From positions 1 through 59,854 of the IMG/VR virus record IMGVR_UViG_3300005512_000033: a stretch of DNA of 59,854 bases. One strand, given 5' to 3'. Source of the stretch: a virus (lineage: Duplodnaviria > Caudoviricetes). This document shows, piece by piece, positions 27,422 to 37,700 of the stretch (position 1 is its first letter; each line of letters opens with the position of its first letter). The notes beneath the pieces were generated by a model, which was not told the origin of the DNA, ran no database searches, and worked only from the letters and a program-made list of their open reading frames with translations. The position numbers and the translations under genes are program-made.

Positions 27422-28294
27422 ATGAGTACAGATTTACAAACTATTTTACAGAACAGTTCAGCCATTGTTCAAACAGGGCTGGATGAAGATACACTTGCTG
27501 TTGCTGGCGGTGCCAGTAGTGGTGGTGCAAAGCGTATTTCGATACGTGGTAAAAACTTTCATAAAGTGGTCAACGGGAAAGAGGTATCTACAATTGAAGA
27601 TAATTTCATGAATGTCATCATTGTTAAGATGTCTCACAATGCCTCACGAACATTTTATGCATCGACCTATAAGGAAGGGGAGAAGGTGAGCCCAACTTGT
27701 TGGTCAAATGATTCAAACGTTCCTTCACCTGAGTGTGAAACTCCGCAAGCTAAATCATGCGACACGTGTCAGTTTAGTGTAAAGGGTTCAGGTATGGGTG
27801 GTACAGGGAGCGCATGTAGATTGTCCTGGCGTATAGCCGTAGTGTTACCTAATGATCCATCAGGTGATGTTATGCAAATGGTGTTACCTGCTACGTCATG
27901 CTTTGGTAAAGAAGAGGGTGGTAAATACCCATTCAGACCATATATTCAGATGCTTGCAAACAACAATGTAAGTGCCGGTAGAGTAGTAACTAGAATGCAG
28001 TTTGACCCTAAGTCATCAGTGCCGAAGTTATTGTTCTCACCCGCAGCTGCCGTAAATGCTGAAGATATAGAAGTTTTACAGAAACAAGCTAAGTCTTCTG
28101 CAGCGGAACAAGCAATTAAATTAACTGTGTATCAAACCGACTCAAAAGCTGAGGAACCTGTTAAACAGGCTCAACCTGAACCAGTGCAAACTGAGGAAGT
28201 TGTTGAAGAACCTGTAGTAAGAAAGGATTCTGAGCCAGTAGAAAAGGCAAATGATATTTCAGATATTATGAATAAGTGGGCAACCAAAGACTAG
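27422..28294 (+). CDS. Putative ssDNA-binding/recombination protein
   Basis: RISI.G..F, PTCWS.D, C..C...GS...AC, acidic disordered tail. Located in the replication module. Confidence 0.55.
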   Translation: MSTDLQTILQNSSAIVQTGLDEDTLAVAGGASSGGAKRISIRGKNFHKVVNGKEVSTIEDNFMNVIIVKMSHNASRTFYASTYKEGEKVSPTCWSNDSNVPSPECETPQAKSCDTCQFSVKGSGMGGTGSACRLSWRIAVVLPNDPSGDVMQMVLPATSCFGKEEGGKYPFRPYIQMLANNNVSAGRVVTRMQFDPKSSVPKLLFSPAAAVNAEDIEVLQKQAKSSAAEQAIKLTVYQTDSKAEEPVKQAQPEPVQTEEVVEEPVVRKDSEPVEKANDISDIMNKWATKD

Positions 28295-28302
28295 GAGATA
28301 TT

Positions 28303-28599
28303 ATGGGAAGACCATACAGCGGACAATTCTTAGTTGAGTTAGACCGAGCCGACCCTGAAAGAATAGGTGTACAGCTTGCAAGGATATGTGTAAGAGCAAA
28401 TCTACCTGCTACGCATGTTGCCAAAGCTTTCGGGGTGTCTCGAATGTCAATTCACAGTTGGTTTCGTGGTAAATATGTAAGAGAAAAGAATTATACTAAG
28501 ATTAAAAACTTTATTAAGACAGTGGAAGATGACTTGAAGACAGGTCACCTGCCGGCGAAGACGTCTAAGTTTGCAAAAGTTTATTTGGAGAGTCTTTAG
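28303..28599 (+). CDS. HTH transcriptional regulator
   Basis: ATHVAKAFGVSRMSIHSWFRG helix-turn-helix. Start MGRPY after AGGAG. Confidence 0.75.
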   Translation: MGRPYSGQFLVELDRADPERIGVQLARICVRANLPATHVAKAFGVSRMSIHSWFRGKYVREKNYTKIKNFIKTVEDDLKTGHLPAKTSKFAKVYLESL

Positions 28600-28630
28600 T
28601 ATTTTAACTTTTATATAGAAACCATGAAAA

Positions 28631-31576
28631 ATGACACAAGAATTTTACAACAAAGCACTACCTGATTCAGGAAAGAACTACTGTGTAGCTTGGGTTACAG
28701 ACAAAGGCACTATGGCTCATGAGTGGGTCGAGTCTAAAGCTGAAATACCTGACACTGTAAAATCTATTCAAGAAAAACAGGGGGAGGACAAAAACATATT
28801 TTTTGCTATATCTTCGTACATTAGTCCTGTACGTAAAGGTAGAGTAAAAGAGAAGTTAAATGTAGACTACAGACGATGCTTATATCTTGATCTAGACGTT
28901 GATCCTGAGAAAGCAGAAGCTGGTAAGACATACAAAACTAAGCAAGATGCTATAGACGCTTTAACTAACTTTATAGAAAATACAGGCATGCCTGATCCTG
29001 TATGGGTAGACTCAGGTAACGGTATACACGCATACTATTTATTTGATGAAGACATACCTATTACAGAGTGGGAGCCGTATGCTAAAAAGTTCTTAACCTT
29101 TTGTCAAAACAATAATCTGTTAGTAGACGAGAGTGTTATGTGCGACATCTCTAGGATCATGCGTTGTCCTGACACGATAAACAACAAACCAAAACGAGAC
29201 AAAGCTCCAGCTAAGATAATGTCTGATGAGTTAGTAGTCTATAAGTTTGGTATGTTCAAAGAGATACTAGGTGAGGTTGAGCTATCAGTAAATGATATTT
29301 TAAAACAAGCCGCTAAACTGCCTATGTCTGACGAGGAAAAGAAAGCCGCTAAGTTAGACAACTTCAAAGTATCGTTTGACAGGATTGCAAAAGAAAGTAT
29401 AGCAGGGACTGGCTGTGCGCAGATCGATCGCATACTACGAACTAAGCCTAACGATGTTGAATACGATGAGTGGTTCTCTATACTATCTATTGCTCAACAT
29501 TGTGAAGACAGGGCAGAAGCTATACATGAACTATCTAAAGGGCACAATGATTATTCGCCTAGTGAGACAGAGTTTAAAGCTAATGAAACACAAGGCAAAC
29601 CGCATACCTGTGAGCAGTTTAGTAAATACAAAGCAGGACTATGTGATGGGTGTAAGTTTAAAGGTAATATCAAATCACCTATCAATATGTTTAGAGAATT
29701 TATACCTGCGCCTATAGCCGTAGTTAAAAAAGATGAAGGAGGAGAACTAACAACTAACAAAGAGTTTGTAGGACTACCATCGGAAATAGCTAAGAAGGGT
29801 TGGTCTATCGGTGCTAACTCAGGTGGTATATATTATCAGCCTCCAGTAGTACATGATGAAGAAGGTAACCCAATAGCACAAAAACCTGTGCTTGCATTAA
29901 AGCACTTACTCTATCCTATACGTCGTATCTATTGTGAGAAAGATGGAGAGATGTTAGACATGAAAGCGGTGTTACCATCTAAAGCAAACAAACAAGGTAA
30001 TGAACGTGTATTTAGAATGAAGATGAACGAGCTATATGATTTGTCTAAGTTCAAAGAGATAGTTACAAAGAACGGAATTATATATGACCAAAAAACTAAA
30101 CAAGGAAGTTATATTATGGATTACATTTATGAGTGGGCAGATTGGCTTATAGACCATACTGATCCTGATATGCTACGTAAACAACTTGGGTGGGCTGATA
30201 AATGTACATCCTATGTGTTTGGTAAAACAGAAATGAGAAATGTAGAGGGGCAGATAATCGAAGCTGATACTGCATTAGCTGGTAATGCTAAGACACTAGC
30301 TAAATATATGGAGCCTACAGGCAGTTATGATGAATGGAAAAAAGCAGCTCAAAAACTAAATCAAAAAGAATTTGAATTACATGCCTTCGTGTTGATGACT
30401 GGTTTCGCATCTCCGTTGTTTGAGTTTTTAGAATGTTCTACTCCAGCTATTACTATGACTTTATACAATACAGAATCTGGTACAGCTAAGACCGGTGCAT
30501 CATTCGGTAGTATTAGTATATGGGGTCACCCTAAACCACTACATATGGTTGGTACTAAAGATGGTAAGAGAAACGCACAAGCGACACCTAATGCATTGAA
30601 TCAACGTATCATAGCTTTGAAGAATGTACCATTTTTGTTTGATGAGATGGGTAACCAAAACGGTGAAGAGACAGGTAACTTTATTCACAACGTATCACAA
30701 GGTAAACCTAAAGTTAGAATGGAAGCATCTGTAGATGAAGAGCGTCCTCATGAAGGTGAAGCATCTATGGTTGTTATCTTTACATCAAACCACTCGGTCA
30801 TAACTAAATTAGCTGGGTTGAAGATAGACCCTAATGGTGAGCTAGCAAGGGTTCTTGAGTTTAAAGTTGGTTCTCCTAGCTTACTTAAAAATGACGCTTT
30901 GATGGGGGCAGAGATATTTAATCCGTTTACTAAGAACTATGGTCATGCAGGTCGTGAGTATATTAGATACTTAATGGAAACTCCAAAAGAAAAAATAAAA
31001 GCTAGGTTTGACTACTGGGTAGAACGGTTCATGAATGACTATTCAAAAGATGCTGTGTATAGGTTCTATCACAATGCTATAGCTTGTACATTTACAGGAG
31101 CGGAAATAGCTAATGAACTAGGTATTATTGATTATGACTTAGAGCGTATCTACAATCACGTAGTTAATGATATGGTTAATACTAAGAACAATGTCATTGA
31201 GATTAACAAAGCGGATTACGTTGACGTACTACAAAGGTTCCTTAACTCTAATCACTTGGGTACTTTAACTATTGAAGATGGTAACGCTTCTGCAGATGTT
31301 AGAGCATCACACTTAGTTATTAGAGCTGATATAGACAAGAGCTTATACAATATTGAGACTAGGGCGTTTGCTGAGTTCTTAGCTAAAGAAGGTGCAAGCG
31401 TAGATGCATTCATAGAAAATATGAACAAGCTAGGGTATAAGACTCGTAAACACAAGAAGCGTATGGGTGCCCAATGGAAACCTGCTGCTAGTTTAGGTGC
31501 TGTATCTAGTATTGAGATAGAGTCTGCTAAGTTCTTAGATGAGATAGTGAAAGAAATAAATGCTGAGAACAAGTGA
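28631..31576 (+). CDS. Primase-helicase (AEP-type primase, Cys cluster, DUF927-like P-loop domain)
   Basis: LDLD, SGNG.HAY, R.MR.P.T.N.K, C...C..C, SGTAKT Walker A variant, FDE Walker B. Confidence 0.85.
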   Translation: MTQEFYNKALPDSGKNYCVAWVTDKGTMAHEWVESKAEIPDTVKSIQEKQGEDKNIFFAISSYISPVRKGRVKEKLNVDYRRCLYLDLDVDPEKAEAGKTYKTKQDAIDALTNFIENTGMPDPVWVDSGNGIHAYYLFDEDIPITEWEPYAKKFLTFCQNNNLLVDESVMCDISRIMRCPDTINNKPKRDKAPAKIMSDELVVYKFGMFKEILGEVELSVNDILKQAAKLPMSDEEKKAAKLDNFKVSFDRIAKESIAGTGCAQIDRILRTKPNDVEYDEWFSILSIAQHCEDRAEAIHELSKGHNDYSPSETEFKANETQGKPHTCEQFSKYKAGLCDGCKFKGNIKSPINMFREFIPAPIAVVKKDEGGELTTNKEFVGLPSEIAKKGWSIGANSGGIYYQPPVVHDEEGNPIAQKPVLALKHLLYPIRRIYCEKDGEMLDMKAVLPSKANKQGNERVFRMKMNELYDLSKFKEIVTKNGIIYDQKTKQGSYIMDYIYEWADWLIDHTDPDMLRKQLGWADKCTSYVFGKTEMRNVEGQIIEADTALAGNAKTLAKYMEPTGSYDEWKKAAQKLNQKEFELHAFVLMTGFASPLFEFLECSTPAITMTLYNTESGTAKTGASFGSISIWGHPKPLHMVGTKDGKRNAQATPNALNQRIIALKNVPFLFDEMGNQNGEETGNFIHNVSQGKPKVRMEASVDEERPHEGEASMVVIFTSNHSVITKLAGLKIDPNGELARVLEFKVGSPSLLKNDALMGAEIFNPFTKNYGHAGREYIRYLMETPKEKIKARFDYWVERFMNDYSKDAVYRFYHNAIACTFTGAEIANELGIIDYDLERIYNHVVNDMVNTKNNVIEINKADYVDVLQRFLNSNHLGTLTIEDGNASADVRASHLVIRADIDKSLYNIETRAFAEFLAKEGASVDAFIENMNKLGYKTRKHKKRMGAQWKPAASLGAVSSIEIESAKFLDEIVKEINAENK

Positions 31577-31760
31577 GCCTGAATGGATATTACCGTTCTT
31601 ATACATGGAAAAGGGGGATAGTTTTTTCATACCTACGACTAGACCCTCTAGCCTTATTTATACTATAGAAACAAAAGCTAAAAAAGAAAAGATAAAAGTT
31701 AGATGTTACGCTGTAGTATATGAAGGCATGCTTGGTGTAAGGACGTGGCGTGTGGGTTAA
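31560..31760 (+). CDS. Small DNA-binding-like protein
   Basis: PF..ME.GDSFFIP...GVRTWR motif. Confidence 0.7.
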   Translation: MLRTSEPEWILPFLYMEKGDSFFIPTTRPSSLIYTIETKAKKEKIKVRCYAVVYEGMLGVRTWRVG

Positions 31761-34700
31761 TTAATCTTCAGCTATTTGTAACATAACATCTATTTCAGAT
31801 ATTAAACCTTTTATGTAGGCATCTAGTTCCAGCTTTCTAAAATCTAATAATTCTTTTCTTTGTTTAGGCGTAAGTCCTGGCATACGTCTTATTTCATTTA
31901 CATAATCACGAGTAGGATTTATTTCTTTAGTTTCTATTTCTTTATATCTATCTACAATCATAGGGTCAGATGGGTTTTTATCTAAGTAACTAGCTAACCC
32001 AACAGGATTATTTTTTAAGGCATTTAATCTAGCTTCTTTCCTATCTACTATATTTTTAATTCTAGTAAAAGCTCTTTGGTCTGGTTTTGACACGTTTGAT
32101 ATAAAACTATCAAATACTTGTAAATCTCTTTTAGGATCAAAATCTTTTTGTCCTGCTATTGTTAGTCCAAGACCATACGTGTTTTGAGCTATTCGTGTAA
32201 TACCGTCTGCGTAGTTGTTTGCAAAGAAGAACATAACATTAGGACTCCAGTCGATAGCACCTTCAGTTATCTCACTTAAATATATAGCTGCATCTTTATA
32301 CATATCAGGTATGTTATCTCCACCAGTATAAGCATCGCCTACTCTAGATTTTCTTGAATTATATATCTGTTGACCAAAAGCGTTCATATTTAAGGCATAC
32401 TCTAATACTGGTCTTGAAACTGATGGAGCAAAAGAGTCTATTAAAAATGCTGCAGTATTTCTTATATCTCCACCAAAGGGATTAATTCTTGATACTGGTA
32501 ATGGTAGGTAAGAATCCATAGTTATTTCAATAAGATTACCCATTACTTCTTTACCTGAATTTTCTCTTCCTAACCCTAAACCCATTAATTGAGCACCAAT
32601 AGCTGCTAATCCACCGTTACCAAAACCCCAAGGTATTTGTATTACCATGTCTGTACCAGGTATAGCAAATCTAGCAAAACGAGTCCATCTTCTTAAGTCA
32701 TCGCCAAATGTTTTGTTTTTACCATCATCGTCGTCACCTGATAATGCTGCTGCTAATGCATAAACTGCCATTCCCATACCTATTGCACTAGCCATAACTG
32801 TTTGAGCTGCTTGTTGTCGTTTTTCAAACTTAGCTTTATATGTTGCTAATCTTTGTGGGTCATTCTTAATATATTCTGGTAGTTGAGCTTCTACATTTTT
32901 CCATCGTCTTAAGGCTGGTCCTATAGACTCTAATGCTCTCACTGCACCAGTAGCAGCTGGTCTGAAGAACATAAACCATGCACCCATAGCTCTACCGTAT
33001 TCACCAGTCTCTTCAAAGTTTGCCATACGTTTAGCGTACCCAGTTGCATATTCTCTTGCTGCTTCTTCTAATTGAGCCTTACCATATTTGTTTTTGTTTT
33101 GAGCTATAAAATCCTGTTTAGCTGTACGGTAAGCTGCGATACGAGATGCTAATTCAAATGTAAGCATTAAGCCATCAAAGAACTGAGTAATATCTTCTTT
33201 AGTGTCTATTATTGCATTTTTATTTAGTTTTTTACCTAGGTTGTTCATCATACCAGCAACAGATAAACCTTGAACATAAGCGATATTACCCCCCTCGTTT
33301 AGGTACTCCATCACATCTTGAGGATAAGTATTTCCTTTTTTAGCTTGGTCTTTAACATATTTATCTATAGCTTTAGTATTACCGTCAACAAATAAATAAG
33401 CTATTGTAGAAGTATCTTTTAAACCACCTTTAGTTACTTGCTCTGCTATAAGAGTTAAATATTCAAAACTTTCTTTTGCTCCTACATCAGCAGCTATATT
33501 GTATGCATTAGTTAAAGCATCGCGAACAAAGTTTAATACTGGGAAAGCAGGATTGAATCTAGTATGTAACTGACCAAGAGCACCAGTAATACCGTTTGCT
33601 AAATCTAGTAATGGGTGTGAATCTCTATATGTACGTCGTATAGCTTCTAATGCAGCAACATCTTTTATCTCAATAATATCTATAGAACCATCAGGGTTAT
33701 AGTGTAGTATTCTATTTCTTTTATTTAAAGCTTCTTCGTCTTTAATTTTACCTGTGTATCTATCTTCGTAGCTAAATGTAGCTACTATTTTTCCGTCTAA
33801 TAATTTTTGTTTTACTTTCTTACCATCTTTGTCTACATAATCTACTTGTGTAAGAACAGCATTTTTGATTGCTTGAGTTAATTTTCTTCTACCTGCTCTT
33901 GCTCCGGCAATAGTTGCGTCTACTAATATCTGAACAAATGGGTCTGTAGCATCTTGTTGTCCACCCTCAAAAGTGTTTTCTAGTCTTCTTAAGTCGCCTG
34001 ATAATCTTTTACCCTGCAGGTTTAACGATTCGTCAAAGTCATCTTTAGTTTCTGTTTTACCTTTTAATGGTATATAATTTTCCCACCCATATAATTTAAT
34101 TATATTTAAACCTTGTTGTGGTAAATAGTTAGACATACGGTTTAATTCGATAGAAGCTGCTTGTATATCTTTTAAAGCTATTCTCATTTTTTCTATAATC
34201 TGTCTTTGTCTTGCAGGTAGATTATTATATTCATCTATCAATGCTTCTCTTTCAGCAACTGTTAAAGGACCCTTACCGCCGCCTTTACCTACAACACTAT
34301 ATTCTAAATCATTTTCATCTATTGACTTATATTTAGCACCTTCAAAACTTAGTCCGTTTGAGTCCTTGTATTTAGAAGCTAAAGTTTCTAGTGTATCTCT
34401 TAAAGTTTGTATTTCAGCATCTGATAGATTAGTTTTAGTTGTTAATATTTTAAATATTTTTTCTCTTAATGCAGCAGCACTAACCATTTCACCTGAAGCT
34501 AATTTTATATTTTGTTTTGTGCTTAGTGGCACAAACTTAATAAATTTTACGTGCCTTCTTTCTGCTTCATGAAATGCTGTGAGCCATGATTGTAAATCTC
34601 CTACTGCTTCAGACTGCGATTGTTTTACATAATTTAAATACTCTGTAAATAATGTTACAAATCTATCTATTGGTTCTTTAGTATAGGTTTTAAGTAGTAC

Positions 34701-37700
34701 ATCTGCTCTACCTAAAGAAGTTGTAATTTGGTCAAATATATTATTAAAGTACTTACCACCTCGTATTAAAACTCCTGCATTATCTGCAAAATCTTGTATA
34801 TTTTTTATTGCAATTCTATCGTTTTGGAATAGTCTAATTAAATTAGTTCTTACTTTTTCATTGCCAAATAAAATGCCTTTTACAGTGTTATATGACCGGT
34901 TAAACCAGCTTCTATACTCTATGTCTTTAGCTCCTTTTCTATTTTCTTCTCTTATTTGTGTAGGCGTAGAGTCCACTATGTCTTTAGCTTTTTTAGGTGC
35001 AAAGGATATACCCTTACCTTGTAATGTTTCACTAGCTGGTACATATTCTTTTGATGTAATTATATTTTCAATAGATTGAAGCGTAGTTGCGGCAGTTATT
35101 CCTGGAGTAAAACCTCCAAGCGTTCTTATAGTTTTAAGTATAAAGTTAGCCATGTCTTTTAAGAAACCTGAAACTTTCCCATCACCGTACGTTTTCTTAA
35201 ATATGTCAGATTCTCTTTCTTTTTTAGACCTACCTAGAGTACCAACTAGTTTTTGCACTTCTTCGCTAGAGAACATCTCAGCAACAAATTCTTTAAATGA
35301 ATCTATACCAAACAGTTCTAGTGTAACTGGGTTTAAAGTTTGAGACACATATTCATATTGTTTTTCTAACGTGTCTAGTTCTTTTTGTAGACTTAGTGGT
35401 AGCACACTTCTATTGTCAATAATATGGTCCATCATAGAGTGCATAACTTCGTGTACTACTATCCTACCCAGCGATTCTACTCTGCCAGAAGAGTCACTAA
35501 ATTCTACTTTCTTGTTTATAACAATAGTGTTTGTTCGTGGATCAAAGTGTGCAAACCTATCACCTCTAACTACACCTAATTTTATTTTAGTGTTATATCC
35601 TGGTATTTTAGATATAACTTTAGCTAGCATGTTAGCGACTGTTTGAGTAGAGTTAAGTTTTGCTGTTGCTTTGCCTGCTATGACTTTTAAAATTTCTGCT
35701 ATAGACTTACCTGATTTTATAGCCTCCATCACGTCGTTATTTGAATCAGTTGTATTTTTATTTTCTAAAGCTTGTAGTTGAGCAGGCGTTAATGGCGTAG
35801 TGTAGTTCATACCTGCACCACGTTTTCTTTGTTTAGCGGCTTCTTGTTCTTTTTCTATTCTTTTTAACTGAGCTTTTTCTTTTCTTTCATTTAATGTTTT
35901 TTGACCAATTACTTTAGTTGCGTTACCTGACTTGTTTATAATTCTTGCCATTCCATCATAGGTATTTTTCATTCTATCCGCTACAGCTTTTTCTCTAGCA
36001 TTAAATGTTTTTGCAAATTCGTCTCGTATTTTTTTCTTATCATTAAATTTATCTAGTTCAATTTTGCTTTTTACGTTTGGCGCTTCGTTAACTATAGTGT
36101 TATATTCTTCTTGGTCTATAAAGTCTAATGGGTCATTGATAGAAAACTCGCCTTCTTCATATCCTCTTTCTTTTGCTAATTTTTGTATTTGCTTATCTAT
36201 CGCGTTTTTATCTTTTAGCCCATACTCATCGTTAGCTGCTTCAAATGCCCAGTCTTTTATTGCTTCAGCTCTTTGTTCTGCAAAGTCACGAGATCTTTCG
36301 TATGGTGCTGGCACATCTTCTTCAATAGCCCCTGTCTTTTCAAACGTCTCCGTGAACAGAGCATTTAAAGGTTGTATACCGCCTTGCTCTCTAGCTATAT
36401 CATTATATTTTTGTTCACGTCGTACTCGTTCTTCTCTAATACCTGCTATACCTGATGTTTTCTTATACATCAATTTGTAAGCTGCATCAGCTATAGTTGA
36501 GTATTCTTTTCTTTTATTTATTTCTTGGAACTGTTCTTTGGATAGATTTTTTTCTAGGAAGGAACGCACTTCACTAGCTTTAGGTTTAGCATCTTCTCTT
36601 TTATTCCATGCTTCTTTTGTATTAATGTAATTTCTTGCAAAGTATTTTGCTACTGATTCTACTGAAGTATTATCTAGTGTATCTCTAGGTACTAAACTAA
36701 AACTTTCTACATTGCCTTCTGCATCTACATTTTCTTTGATTATGTGAGTTTCTTGTAGGTTGTTGTCTGTTTGATACTTAGTTACTTTTGGTTTTAAATT
36801 ACTATCAAATACAGAGTTAGGTGTAGTTTTTATTATTGCATTTTCTGTAACTTTTAGGTTAGCTTCTGGGTCAGTACTTTCAAACTGAATAGGGTTACCG
36901 TACTGGTCATATTCTGTTCTTCTTGTAATTACAGGTGGTGTAGGGCTTGAGTAGTCTTGTAAGAATTTACCAAAAGTAAGTCCAGGATTATCTTTTTGTG
37001 CTTTTAAAAAGTCTTGTTCAGCAATATATTGTTCAAGAGTATAGTTAGGAGAGTCTTTTCTTCGCTCTTCATACTCTGCTAATTCTGCATCTGTTGGTTC
37101 TCTTTTTGAAGGTATGTTATTTAATAAATTATCTATCTTTTGATTTCTGTCTACAGAATCTGTTTTTTGTTTCTCTCTAGTGTTTCTTCTTTTAGCTTGT
37201 TCTCTGGCTATAATAGACAAGTTATCTGGGTTGTTTACAAATAGTTTTGCTGATTTTCTTAATTCTTCATCTGTAAAATTTAATACATCATTACGTTTTA
37301 ATGTAGTGTTGTTTGTGATTGTTCTTCCAGAAGCTGTGTCAAAAGCGCCTCCACTGCTAACCACTGAAGGTCGTTCAGGTGCTCCAGGTTCTTCGGTAAT
37401 GCTTGGCGTGGGTTCTCCAGGAACTTCATCGCCTCTGAGATCTGTTCGTCTGTCAATTCCAGCATCTTCTTCTCCTTCAAATAAGTCCATTTGAGGCGGA
37501 AACATATCAAGCTGCTCTGCTTCTGTTTCTTGCTGCGTTTGGATTATTTGTTGTTGTGAATCAAATAAATCTTGTTGAGCTTGTATATCTTCTTGCTGAG
37601 TAGTCTCTGGCTCATTAATAGACTCTTGTGAATTTATTATATCATCTGCTGCTTCTGATGCAGTAACTTCTTGTTGCTCTCTATCTTTTTTTCTTTTAAT

